From NCBI RefSeq assembly GCF_006345805.1, contig NC_042997.1:153326001-153390000 (forward strand): a stretch of 64,000 nucleotides of DNA, in the 5' to 3' direction. The translations under genes were made by a program, and so were the position numbers. This stretch comes from Octopus sinensis. Lineage: Eukaryota. The notes under the pieces are model-generated. The model saw only the letters and a list, made by a program, of their open reading frames with translations. It did not search any database and was not told the DNA's origin. This document shows, piece by piece, positions 23,922-36,445 of this stretch (the stretch's first letter is position 1; each line of letters starts with the position of its first letter).

Positions 23922-24320
23922 GCAGGCGTGTCTGAGTGGAAAGAAGTTTACTTCACAATCTAATGGTTCCGGGCTCAGTCCCATTGCATGGCACCTTGGG
24001 CAAGTGTCTGCTCTTGTAGCCTCGGGCTGACCAAAGCCTTTTGAGTGGATTCGGTAGACTAAACTGAAAGAAGCCAGTCGTATAGATAGATAGATAGATA
24101 GATTGATAGATACGAGTGAGTCTTTGTACCTATGTTTATCCCCACACCGTTTGACAACCGATGTTGGTGTGTTTACATCCCCGTGTCTAGCAGTTCATCA
24201 AAAGATATTGATAGAATAAGTACCAGGCTTTAAAAAATACTAGGGTTGATTCATTCAACTAAAAGCTCTTCAAGGCAGTGCCCCAGAATGGCCGCAGTCT
24301 AACGACTGAAACAACCAATT
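23922..24320 (+). mobile_element. S1 SINE (internal GATA run)
   Basis: Collinear with the other S1 copies. Confidence 0.88.
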
Positions 24321-24959
24321 GATAGAGGGTAAACATGTCGGTTCGATCCCTAACCTAAGCTGCCAAAAAGGATCTCCCGATAGGTCTCACTTGAAAGTAA
24401 AAATGCATGTGTGTATGTGTAGAATCTATCTATCTAAAAATAAATATTAATACAGAAGCTGGAAAAATTCACCAAGGACGTCAATCTTCTTTACTTCAGA
24501 TTATCTGTTCACTAATCTTATATCGGGATCTACGAGATAGACCGAAAACTTCAAGTTGTGTAGAGGAATCGAGAATTAAACTGAATGCCCTTCGTGCTTT
24601 TCTGAAGTACTTTAGTAAATATGTGAAACTAAAATGATACTGGCAGATTTATAAAACGTTTCCGAGATTGAATAAAATACATCCTAACTACTCTTCACAA
24701 AACAATGACATTACAACAATTCTTTACTTTTAGCCTGAAAGTTGAGGGAAGTGTTAGTTTAAATCATCAACCTCAGAATTTGACTGGTACTTTATCTTCT
24801 CGACCCCGTTAAAATAAAATTCAATTGTTTCTCATTCACAAAGAGTAGTTTCTTTGACCATGCAAACTATTAACAAATCATCTTCTTCATCTTTTGAGTG
24901 TCTCTTTCTCATCGATGGCCACTAGTATGGCTTCCGAATAAGTAGAGTTAATCTAAACG

Positions 24960-25380
24960 AGACTGCTTTTGTATACCACTGCCTAATCGTATAGCAGAGC
25001 AATCATCCTTGATAACTTTAACGAAAACAATATCGCTGCTCCTCCACGTCAGTAAAGTTGTATCTGACTGGAGAATATCCAAGCTATATTTTCTCTCTTA
25101 CACTTTCATTTATATCTCAATTCTTAGAATGAAGACTCTCTGTCCGAATCTATAGTTACAATGTGAGATACTAGACTCCTCCCAATCTATACTTTGCTAG
25201 ACCCAAAAGTTTTGCTTGCATTTCCCACACTCTTCTGTACATTAATGACTTATTTTCTGGCATTTCGAAACATCACAGAATCCCTCATCAACGACATCAC
25301 TTTTCACTCCACATACCACGAAGATACTTTATTACAGACAATCACTATTTCCATGAAAAGAGACTTCAAACACACTGTTC
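24960..25380 (+). pseudogene. Heavily decayed reverse-transcriptase relic
   Basis: cccacactcttc..tacattaatgacttattt (PTLF..YINDLF) followed by aacgacatcacttt (degenerate xDD motif). Confidence 0.5.
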
Positions 25381-26042
25381 AGCTGTGATATAAACATCAA
25401 CGGTTTTTCGCTCAACAGCCAAAAAACAAAACTAGTACACGTTGAAGAACCATTCTAGTACTTCACTCTTTCTCTCTCTCCTCTCTCTCTTTCTTTCTCT
25501 CTCCTCTCTCTCTCTCTCTCTCTTTCTCCTTAGTTCCTCTCTATTTCTATTTCTCTCTCTCTCTACTCATAAATCACACAATGATAGCGTTATGGTCGCT
25601 ACAAACTCTAAACCTCACTCGTTCTGTCGATACCTTATTCCTAATTCACTTATGTAACATTAACAATGTCACTATTATACAAGGAATTCTTTCTGGAACC
25701 AGAAAATATTCCATACCTAATCAGGTACATACTCTCTACAAAGTACATGTAAGAGACGCATTAGAGTACTAACCACACAAGTGATGATGGCAACGGAAAA
25801 TGCCGAAACTGACGCGCCAGTCTTAAGAATTCAGTATTTTGGGGACAGTTATGGTCCCTGTTAGTACATGTTTTCATTCATGTACGTTAACCACAGTATT
25901 AGAGCCTTATAGGTCTTATTTCTAGCTATGTAGGGTTTTTTTAACACTCTAGTCACATTTAGTGACAATTAGAATTCTCTCCTTGTTGGTGAAATATTGC
26001 AACCTGCTGTTTACATTAATTTTGTATGTATATATATATATA

Positions 26043-26371
26043 TGGCTCAGTGGTTAGAGCGTCGAGCTTACGATCGTGAGGTTGTGAGCTCGAATCCCGG
26101 ACCGGGCTGCGTGTTGTGTTCTCGAGCAAGGCACTTTATTTCACGTTGCTCCAGTTCACTCAACTGTAGAAATGAGTTGCGACGTCACAGGTGCCAAGCT
26201 GTATCGACCTTTGTCTTTCCCTTGGATAACACTGGTGGCGTGGAGAGGGGAGGCTGGTATGCATGGGCGACTGCTAGCCTTCCATAAACAACCTTGCCCG
26301 GACTTGTGTCTAGGAGGGTAACTTTCTAGGTGCAATCCCATGGTCATTCATGACCGAAGGGGGTCTTTACC

Positions 26372-26375
<4 letters not shown>
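26043..26375 (+). mobile_element. tRNA/CORE-like SINE, family S3a
   Basis: A box tggctcagtgg, B-box-like gagctcgaatcc, CORE-like gagcaaggcacttt..ccagttcactcaactgtagaaatgag; flanked by (TA)n on both sides. Confidence 0.85.
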
Positions 26376-26402
<27 letters not shown>

Positions 26403-26501
26403 ACGTTACTATTCTGAGACTATACGTAGAAAGATCACAGAGGAAGCAATTCAGCTGACTAGTAACGAATCATTCAACACGTTCTAAATATGCTTTAGGT
26501 G

Positions 26502-26872
26502 CAGTCGTGGCCGTGTGGTAAGAAGTTTCCTTCCTAACCACCTAGTTCCGAGTTCAGTCGCACTGCGTGGTCAAGTGTCTTCTACCAATAGTATCGCGCT
26601 GACCAAAGCCGTGTGAGCTGATTTGGTAGACGGAAACTGAAAGAAGCCCGTTGTATATGTGTGTGTGTCTGTATATTTGCGCGTGCTCGCGTCTTTGTAC
26701 TTGTGTATGTCTTCCACAGCCGCTAGACAACCGTTGATCTATTTACACCCCTGTAACTTAGCGATTTGGCAAAAGATACTGATGTGAGTCAGTTTGTTCG
26801 ATTAAATTGTTTCACGACAGTGCCCCCAGCATGATCAAAGTCTAATGACTGAAACAAATAAAGATAAAAGAA
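26502..26872 (+). mobile_element. S1 SINE
   Basis: Collinear with the other S1 copies. Confidence 0.85.
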
Positions 26873-27684
26873 AATTTAGGTTGGAGCTTCTTTCTATGAT
26901 TCTTCTACCGTTACGCCCTCGACTTTTCTCGTCTAGCTAGTTGTATACCATTTTTGTACCATATCCATCCAATGCTTAGGTCTCTGTCGTCATCCACATT
27001 GTGCATCGTCTATCAACTTATATTTCATTGTATTTCTCAAGTGTGTAAAGGAAGTAGTTCCTTTTTGCTTTATTAGCGGTATTATTGCTTTATTGCTGGT
27101 ACACCATTTATTTTACCAAAACGCATAAAGAAAGAAATGGCTAATGCTTATTTCGATTTATCATATACTCAAAGTTTTCTTGAACTCACATCTGATCTGG
27201 TGATAATAATTTGACCATAAGTTTATAAAAAATTTTAATTTTGATAGTAGTCGGTGGAATACTGCTTTTGTAAAAATGATAGTACACCGAGCTAAATACT
27301 TTGCTGAATTTACTTTCATTCTATGTTCTGAATTGGAACCCGATACAGTTTAGTTGTCGTTAAATCGCTCGCAATTCGAGAATAAGAAATCCGGAGAATC
27401 AAAAATATATAAGTCCAGTTAACTACTAAAACTCTTTTTCACAGTATTATGTCGTTCAAAATTATTCTATATTCCTGCTATTTACATTATTTTTTTCTGC
27501 TCATTCTTTAACCACATTTAATGTGAAGATATGATGGAATGCTGTGACAAACATTTCTTTGTAGGAGTGTCAAGGACTAACTAACATAATGTGTCCTTCC
27601 CTTTTTAAAATGTTAGAGAGTAATTTCAAGATTTGGTCGCTATGTCTACAAGGAAGAGCAACTGCAAGAAGGCACACATACATA

Positions 27685-27738
<54 letters not shown>

Positions 27739-27740
<2 letters not shown>

Positions 27741-27832
27741 ATTATAACAATGGGGGTCTTTGCAACAAGTTGCTAGACCACATACATATGTAGTCTAGCA
27801 ACTTGTTGCAAATACTCTCATTGTTATAATTA
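27739..27832. repeat. Imperfect palindrome (~45-bp arms) next to (TA)n
   Basis: taattataacaatg..tttgcaacaagttgctagac / gtctagcaacttgttgcaaa..cattgttataatta. Confidence 0.9.
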
Positions 27833-27933
27833 TATATAATTTTACCGAATATGGTCCTTTTCCATACCGAAATACTACTTGGTGAAATTTGGTGATTTTA
27901 TTAAATTAATTATATTTCACCCTTTATCTGTAT

Positions 27934-27990
<57 letters not shown>

Positions 27991-28129
27991 AAGCGTTCAA
28001 TGACCTTACATAATGTCTGTTAAGGGTCCACGTATCACGTGAGTAAAGCAGCGATGTTAGCTCACACACATGGTACACAACAACTTCTGTTTGCCTTTCG
28101 ATGCCTTGTTAGAATCAGACACTAAATTT

Positions 28130-28630
28130 GAGAGCCCTGAAGGAATCAGTTTACTTTTGAAACCTTAAAGATATTCCATCAATGTCTTGAGGGGAACCGA
28201 CATCCTGAGCATTGCGACAATGATACACAAGCACTGATTGCGCTGGACTGGACACATTGTTCGTATGAATAATCAGAATATCCCTAAATGGTGAATTTGT
28301 TTGTGGAAAGCGTTCCCAGCAAAAACCAATACTACGATTTAAGGATTGCATGAATTCCTTGTTAAAGGCATGTAAAATATAGAAAGTCAATCGGGAAAGC
28401 AATATGTGTCATCGGCGCTAGTGTAGGAAGCGATTAAAGGAAGGAGTGGGTATTTTTGAAGAAACGCGTATTTTATATAATGAACTGAAATGAACTGCTT
28501 GGAAACGCGCGGCTAACGTAGTGAATGCGAGATATTTCGTCAGTAATATCTGCAGACGTTTATGACTATCAAGAGTGGGGATCATTAGTTACCAGGAGAG
28601 TCACAAGTGTAAAGTAGAATTTTGCCTCAG
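28130..28630 (+). mobile_element. RTE-clade LINE 3' fragment
   Basis: RWTGHIVRMNNQNIPK..GKRSQQKPILRFKDCM, the typical RTE ORF C-terminus. Confidence 0.8.
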
Positions 28631-28689
28631 TGTTCTCCGTAATCAGTGATAGTATTTTCTAGTCACGAGAGGATAACCATCAGCAGACA

Positions 28690-28722
28690 AATAGACTGAC
28701 AGACAGATAGACAGATAGACAT

Positions 28723-28795
<73 letters not shown>
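28690..28795. repeat. (GACA)n/(GATA)n microsatellite
   Basis: Direct reading. Confidence 0.95.
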
Positions 28796-30217
28796 AATAA
28801 CTTTTTCGGGGAGATGAAACACTACTCAGCTACAAATGATAATAAAATTGTATTAATAAATTTAATCAAATATTTGCCACATATCTGTGGTTCCCTTGTA
28901 AATTAAACACAAAATTCAAATGTACTTATATGCTTGTTGTTACTTGAATCTCCTCCAGTTTTATAGGTTATAAACTTTGACACAAATAATTTTGTGAGGT
29001 GAAGAATATTCAATTTGACTTTGTTTAATTGTACTGTCAATAATTAAAGTGGAAATAGGCTAACAAATACTTCATCTCGTAACTATATATACAATACTAT
29101 GTTTTTCATCGATTTTGGACAAGATGTAATATAATGGAGATTTTAATTAAAATTTCTTAGTTGGTTCATATCATAAGTGTTGTTTATAGAAGAGCACGAG
29201 GGATTTGGCTATATCCCTTTCAGCTGAACTTTCGTAACTCATGTTTCGTTTTTCTATAATTTGATTTTTTTCAATCTGTTGTTTGTCCAGTACTATCGAA
29301 TCTAGAAGTGTTTCAAAGAATTTAACCTCTGCATATAAGCTCAAGGCACTAAGAATTTAGTCAACTCCAAAACATAGTCTATATTAATGTTGACGCATGA
29401 AAAAAAACTCCAACGAAATAATATGATGATCCAGGTAAATTGCTTTTGGTAACTCACTTTATATATGGGATATTTATGTTTATTTAATTATTTAGTAATA
29501 CAGAAGTTTTGATTTTTTATCAAGTCTTTCAGATGCTTGAAGTATCGAATACCTTTGCTGATTTACTCAAGGGTTTTATAGATGTTTAAAATATACAATT
29601 TATGTCCGTAATTTTGTTTGATAAATATTCAATACCAGCTGCTTCAGGGAATCTGTTTCAGTAAATATACCGATTGTTAATTAAGAGAAAATGTAATTTT
29701 TTTATATTCAATACTACACGCTACTGGGTAGTAGATTAGTGAAAACTTTGGATTAAATACATTATGGTGTCTCTTTTCGTTCTGTGTTCCATTCCCAATG
29801 ATGTCTACTTTCCTTATCGAGTTCCCGAGTTTGATTAAACAGTTTCTAGTCGTGTACTGAAGGCAATATATTCGAATATACCCGACTAAGTATGTACGGT
29901 GTACTGAATTTATAAATCATGTTTACATATTCCAGGAAATAAAAATCAACAGATTATAATCTCATAATTCCTGAGATTATTTAGACTTCTGGATTAATCA
30001 CAGCTTTAATTCTTGATATAATAGAATGGATATTTGAGTTGTTTAAAATATCATTTCGGTGTCTTAGCTGATAAAAGGCAAATATCATAATTTAAATATG
30101 AGTCGGAATATTGCTAGTTTCGCCGCGACAATACAGCTCTATGTCGTTTTCTTTTTAAAGAAAAAACTGTGGGATATATGCTTGATAATGAAAAGGCAAC
30201 TTCCTGAAAGATATGCC

Positions 30218-31185
30218 GGATCTTTTCCTTTTGGTCGGCAGGTCGAGAAAATGATTTTTTTTTAACTAAACACTTTCAAACTTCGGATACTAGAAGAATG
30301 TGTCATATAGAATATCTTTTACTATTAGCGTTGTTGAGAAAACTTCATATTTTCGAAGTTATTTCGTGTTAAAGTTGTTGTATTTCGGTAATTTCAACCA
30401 ATCAATGATGTGTATTCAACTGAATAAAATTACTGCCTTTGTTTGTCAACAACTTCCGGCGGTGGATATTTCGTTTGACACTGTTATTTATGACATATTT
30501 CATTTCAGTTACGTTCGTATGAATAAACGAGTATATCTGAAGCATGTTTAATTCATGACACCACCATAATTGTTCGTGTATTTCTACTGCTTTTAGGGGT
30601 TTTTTCCTGTTTTTCAGCTACTTTTTCGGAAAGACTCCGCCCCCTCCCACGATTTTCTCGCAAATTATTGTTTATTTATTTATTTTGCCAAATACCCAGC
30701 TTTTCGGATATAAAGATTCCAGGAAATTACCAAAAATGGGAATGTTGAAACTTTTTGGCCCACTTACCCCTCCCCACTCCAATTTCTTCATTTTTCACTT
30801 TTTTCCGTAACCCTAACCCTAAAACCCCAACCCTGACCCTAACCCTAAAACCCTAACCCTAACCCTAACCCCCTAAAGCTAAAACCAGTACAAACGCACG
30901 AACGATGTCATAAATAACAGTTACAAACGAAATATATACCGCCGATAGTTGTTGTTGAGAAACAACAGCAGTAATTTTATTCAGCTCAATAGACGTCATT
31001 GATTGGTTGAAATTACCGAAATGCGACAACTTTAACACGAAATAACTTCGTAAATAGAAACTTTTCTCAGCAACGCTACGAGTAAAAGATATTCTATATG
31101 ACACATTCTACCAGTATACGAAGTTTCAAAGTGTTTAGTTAAAGAAAATTAATTTATCGAGCTACCCATGAAAAGGAAAAGATCC
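30218..31185 (-). mobile_element. Second full copy (968 bp) of the TIR element, opposite orientation, 8-bp TSD gatatgcc
   Basis: Ends ggatcttttcctttt ... aaaaggaaaagatcc; TSD at 30210-30217 and 31186-31193; (CCCTAA)n-like tract at about 30808-30877; interior homologous to copy 1. Confidence 0.92.
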
Positions 31186-32074
31186 GATATGCCATTCTAC
31201 TTAATATACTCTAAAACTGAGTGTCAAGTATGTAATGAATTTTTTTTCTGACTTCTAAGTTGCAGTCATGAAAAAACAATAATATCATTGTTTAGAAGAA
31301 GAGGATTTTCACTTTATGAAGATAAGCAAGTTCAGGTTTTGTACTTTAGGCTTCATTCCATTATTTCTCGACCTAAATATTGGTATGTCCCCCAGCAAGT
31401 TTTCGATAACATCTTCTGACTTGTTCTCACTTGTTTACATTCAGATTCACGGCTGTGTTTTTTTTTCCGTTTTCTAAATGTATTGCTTCATTTCTTTTTG
31501 ACATGCGCTGTCGTTTACAATCTCTGTCTATTTAGCGCTGAGATTTATTTGAAACTTATTGTTTTTAATCCTCACAATTAATCTTTAAAAAACATTCTAT
31601 TATAGATAGTGGCATTATTTAGGTAGATGCTATTGTGTGGCATGTCTATACACAGCTCTAAGAGTACAGAGGAAATAATGAGTTTTGGTACGGCGAAAAT
31701 GCTGCTTCGCTTCTCACATATTTTCCCATGGTAGTGACAGAAATGCTCTCATCTTTATCGTGTGAATGAAATAAAAGTGGAATTTCGAATTAAAATTTTT
31801 CTTCATCTCTCGAGTGGTAGAATGTGAATCCTTTGTAAAAAGTAAATTGATTTCACTCACATCTATATAATACATTAAAACAAATATGTTAGTTTTATAC
31901 ATTACCTGATTAATGATTCTTTTTCTGAAATTTTATATATTTATTCAATCTAAGACCTAATATGGGTATATAAGAAAAATCTTCACTGACGATGTTTTGG
32001 TAAGACTGAATTCGGAGTGATCACTGTATTTACCAAATAAAACTCATATCACACAAAATAAAATAAATAAATAA

Positions 32075-32315
32075 ATGCGCTCTTTTAATGCCTAGTCACG
32101 CTCATGGGCCCGGTTTCCCGGTTTCAATGGCGTACATGTTACCCAGCTGGACGGGACGCCAGTCCATCGCAGCGTTACTCATTTTTGCCAGCTGAGTGAA
32201 CTGGAGCAACGTAAACTGAAGTGTTTTGCTCAAGAACACAACGCGTCGCCCGGTCCAGGAATCGAAACCACAATCTTACGATCATGATGCTGGCACCACT
32301 AAGTCACGCGCCTCC
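32075..32315 (-). mobile_element. tRNA/CORE-like SINE, family S3b (same head and core as S3a, different tail)
   Basis: Reverse complement ggaggcgcgtgacttagtgg..gtttcgattcctggaccggg..ttgagcaaaacact..gctccagttcactcagctggcaaaaatgag, then gatggactggcgtcccgtccagc. Confidence 0.82.
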
Positions 32316-34534
32316 ATAATTACACAAAATGCACTCATTTAATTTTTAATCAATTTAGATTTACGTGTTGTCTTTCATTCTTTTCTTGACAATCTTCATT
32401 AACGCTCATTAACTTTTTTTCTGTAACAGGTGTAAATTTTACTAATTAAGATTTTTCACTACATTGAGTATGTTAGCCTTCACTTAACTATATGGTAGCT
32501 ATCGGTTTATCATACTAGGAACTCTGTCAGAAACACATAAAGACGAGACATATTGGCGATGCAATCTGAAGATGATTGGAGAAATCCCTTAAAATTTATC
32601 GCCCTCTTTTATAGATAGTTTAACGCCAATCAGGAGACGCCGATATATTTTTATACCATGATTGAAATCGTGATAGAATCAAAAGAAGATAGCTGTAGTT
32701 GTAAGATTTTAAACATGTCTATTTTTCTAAAGTCTACTGTTGTCACGTATCCTAAAGAGATTGGGTGCAGTACTAGGGTTAACTAGCAGGACTTACTACT
32801 GCTAATGGAACTGTCAAAACAAACTTCATTTGAAATTGTCGTCCAACTAAGTTACATTTTCAATTTGTTTTTCTAAATTAGTTTCTTCTAGTGTGTGTGT
32901 GTTTAATTGATTTGTCTTTTGAATGGAATTTATATGTGCATGCAGAGTGTGAGTATTGTGTGTGTGTGTTTGAATAAACTTGAGAGGCGAAAAATTACTG
33001 TCACTCCCTAAATGTCACAAATTTGATTCAACAAACAGTAAATGTTATTTCTCATCACTCTATAACTTTAGTGTGCGCGCGTGTGTGTGGGTGTGTGTGT
33101 GTGATGATAAACGTCAACTAGAAACAATAAAAATACTAGAAATAACTTGCAGAAATGCTGTTTTTCAGTAGACGATATAATCGACTGGACCCCCAACCCC
33201 AACTTCCAAAAATAAAATTTCAGGTTTTGTACTTATTTTTATAGTCTACAATACTCTTCAATATGCAGAGGACGTTCGGTTTTGTAGGACTGCACGTCTT
33301 AGAAATTTCGTTGTCCGGAAATTAATGGTCTGCGATTCTCACAGGAATATTAAACTCTTTTCTTTATTAACCACGTAGCTTTAAATAGAGAGAGGACGAA
33401 AACAAGGACTGGCATACAGACAAGGGGTCAGGGATAGAATGGAGTTGACATAATGTAATTTAAAAATTACAAAAAAATTACAAAATCGAATATTGACAAA
33501 GAAAAAGAATCGAATGCTTAAAATGAAGCGGAGGACGTAGGTGACCCCTCTGAAGACTTTATTTTTTTTCCTTTCCTGTTCTCGCTTAAACAGATTCTTT
33601 CATTCTCAACACACTTGCCACAAACTTTCATCTTTTCCGAAACACACCGTGCGACAGGCATTTCTTCTCCAGCTTTTTTTTTTTTTTTCATATGGAAAAG
33701 GAAAAAGTCAACCAACCTAAGGCTGGAGATAAAAATGCCAGTCACAATCCCTTTCACTCTCGTCTTCCACACTACCTCTTTCGCGATAGCTATTACCGAG
33801 AAAACAGGCCTGCTCCTCCCTGTTAAGGAAGAAAGGAAAGTTAAACTGAACCATGAAGATTGCAATGTGAAACTCCACATTTATAACCTAAATGACCTGA
33901 ATCAAAACGTACGCACAGATTTAAGCCTCTATTATCCTTTTAGACTCACAAATGGTAAGTGTAACTTTTTTTGCTTACTTTTTTTTTACTTTATCCACTA
34001 AACTAACACCGCGACAAAAAGTAGATGTAGTCTTTTCTGAATCTAGTGTGGCAGTAATCCTTTGATGTGGGTTCGAGATGGTATGATGAACGATATCCTT
34101 TCTAGCCTGCGCACAAACTCTATACTTCCTGAACCTATCTTACGAACAACCTTCGGGCTGCATCCACCATATTTACGGATGAAATCTATTTGATCGCACG
34201 AATCCTTTCGAGACAGTGCTTATAGCATGGCTGCAATTCAATAGTTAAAACAAGTATCAGAATAAAAGAGTTTATACACGTATGTTTTTAAAACACACAC
34301 ACCTTATATATATGATTTTGTTATGAGGGCTCTTAAAAATCAGAGTGCATCAACCTATAAGACATGAGAAATGACTAAGTACGATAAGAAAGTGTTCACA
34401 GTAAAATAAACATTTAGAAATTCGAAAGTTGATAAGATACGCAAGCATCAAATCCAATTCATATCTACAAATCCAACTCAAGAGTGGGGGTATATATATA
34501 TATGCATCCACACGAACATATACACATATTTTTC

Positions 34535-34700
34535 TACTATAGTCACAAGGCCTGAAACTCAACTGATATTTATTTTATCGATACCGAAAAGGATACAAAG
34601 CAAAGTTGATCTCGGCGGAATTTGATCTCGGAACGTAAAAACGGACGAAATGCTGCTAAGCAATTTGTCCGGCGAGCTAACGGTTCTACCATCTCGCCGC
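34535..34700 (-). mobile_element. S2 SINE (partial)
   Basis: ggcggaatttgatctcggaacgtaaaaacggacgaaatgctgctaagc matches S2 on the minus strand. Confidence 0.8.
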
Positions 34701-34989
34701 GTTATGTATATACATATATTATAATATATGGAAACAAAGACTGGCATTTGTGGTATTATTTTTAATTCTGTTGTTGCAATTGTTTCATTATAACATGGAA
34801 AGTACGGCTCAAAAATGTAATCTGTTTTATATACGGCATATTAAGAGAGAGAGAGAGAGATGTATAGGTACATTAATACACATATTTATACACGAATGCA
34901 TACATACGTGTGTGTGTGTGTTGATGAGTTTGGTAACTTGCCTCTTTCTCATTTGAACCGAGTTCACTACAGCTTTTCAGTTCCTGTCA

Positions 34990-35650
34990 GTAACTGTTCC
35001 GCTTACGACAATCCGATAATGATCACAAGAAGAGCATCAATATCTGCCTTATTGCTACGTTTTCCCTTTATATTGTTAGTGCTGAATATAAACTAATTTG
35101 TTTCTCTGCCACAACTGATGCTCTGTCATGCTACCCATATTTTATTATCGGCATTGATGTAATGATACAAGTCGAATACATTGTATATTACATGACAGCC
35201 AAACACCATAAATGGCTCTTGGGTGTCAATTAAGAGAAAGATGCAAAGTAAGCGTAAGAAAGGTTGATTGTGGTGTCATCAATCTTTGAGAGAACTGGAC
35301 AGATTCACAAACGGTCAAGTAGTTTGGACAATCATAGAGTGAAGAATTTCATTGCTTCGAAATCAAATGACTGCGTCATGGAAGCATAAATGCTAGAAGA
35401 GATTGTGTTCAGCCCAACTGCCAAATAGTTGTCAGATATACAGATTTCAACATTTTTCTCGATGCAGCATTGTCTTTGATCACACGTATTCCATTGATGT
35501 TCATCCTATGTTTCTAATGCTATCAAAGATTAAGATGACGTAACGTTATATCCTTCCCTTCTCTAACATGATTACGATGTTATTTATGGGAGATCCAGAT
35601 TCTATATCTACCAGGTCGAGTAGCTGCATAGGGGCTTTCCATGAGCTGAG
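34990..35650 (-). pseudogene. Decayed L1/Tx1-type endonuclease N-terminus (ORF1 relic possibly extends upstream to ~38.2 kb)
   Basis: Minus frames give MNINGIR..KNVEICI..IRLVS..ADIDALL, matching the order of APE motifs xNVNGLR / DIxxLQE / RLxxVYAP / GDFN. Confidence 0.5.
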
Positions 35651-36261
35651 TTTCCTTGACAATTGTTAATGATGAACTCATTATATGAAAACTTCGTATC
35701 AGAAAACATTTTCTTTCTTGATTATTCTATATTCCGTACCTTATGATAGTCATCACACCGTCTGTTGCAGTTTACGCCCATACCAGTTAAGGCAGTAGAG
35801 CTCTCATGATTGCATGGTACCTAAAATAAGTATATGCCGGTGTGTACTAATATCTAAATTCAACACAATACTCTCCTACAAACTAAGCTAATTTCTTTTC
35901 ACGGTCACCATCTAGAATTGATAAAATTCGTTATAATGCCTTCTGCTATAGGCACGGGTACTAGACTTTTGAGTAGGGAATAGTTGATTACACTGACCCA
36001 AGTTCATGACCAATACTGTATTTTATCGACCTCTAAAGACTGAAAGGTAATGTTGACGGGTCTTTTATTTTATCGTACTCGAAACATTGGAAGACAAGGA
36101 TGACCTTGCAAGTATTTGAACTCACAGAGAAAGGTTTCATTTCAAATAATTTTTTTTTATTTTATTGCCATTCATACATGTTATAAAAAGTGGTTAAAAA
36201 GACAAGTGGGGATGTATATAATTTGTGTATTATTATGATATTATCATTATTATAATAACAA

Positions 36262-36445
36262 AGGAGGTGGGCCAGGCAAAATTCTTAGCGGCATCTCGCC
36301 TGTCTGCGTTCTGAGTTCAAATTCCATCGAGGTCGACTTTGCCTTTTATCCTTTTGGGATCGATAAAATTAGTGCCTGGGGTCGATGTAATCAACTTTTC
36401 CCCTTCCCCTCAAAATTTCAGGCATGGTTCCTATAATAGAATATT
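36262..36445 (+). mobile_element. S2 SINE, short-tail type
   Basis: ttctgagttcaaattccatcgaggtcgactttgcctttt..ccctcaaaatttcagg. Confidence 0.85.

Noticed and set aside
30808-30877. Telomere or chromosome-fusion scar (also 15052-15120)
   Set aside because: The short degenerate tracts lie at the same position inside two copies of a TSD-bounded transposon.
33735-35096. Two-exon plus-strand 111-aa secreted/GPI-like model (33735-33954 gtaagt; ttttcag 34981-35096)
   Set aside because: Phases fit, but the hydrophobic second exon is the antisense of the decayed L1/Tx1 endonuclease, and an equally phase-compatible minus-strand model (33717-33819) exists. It cannot be supported without RNA data.
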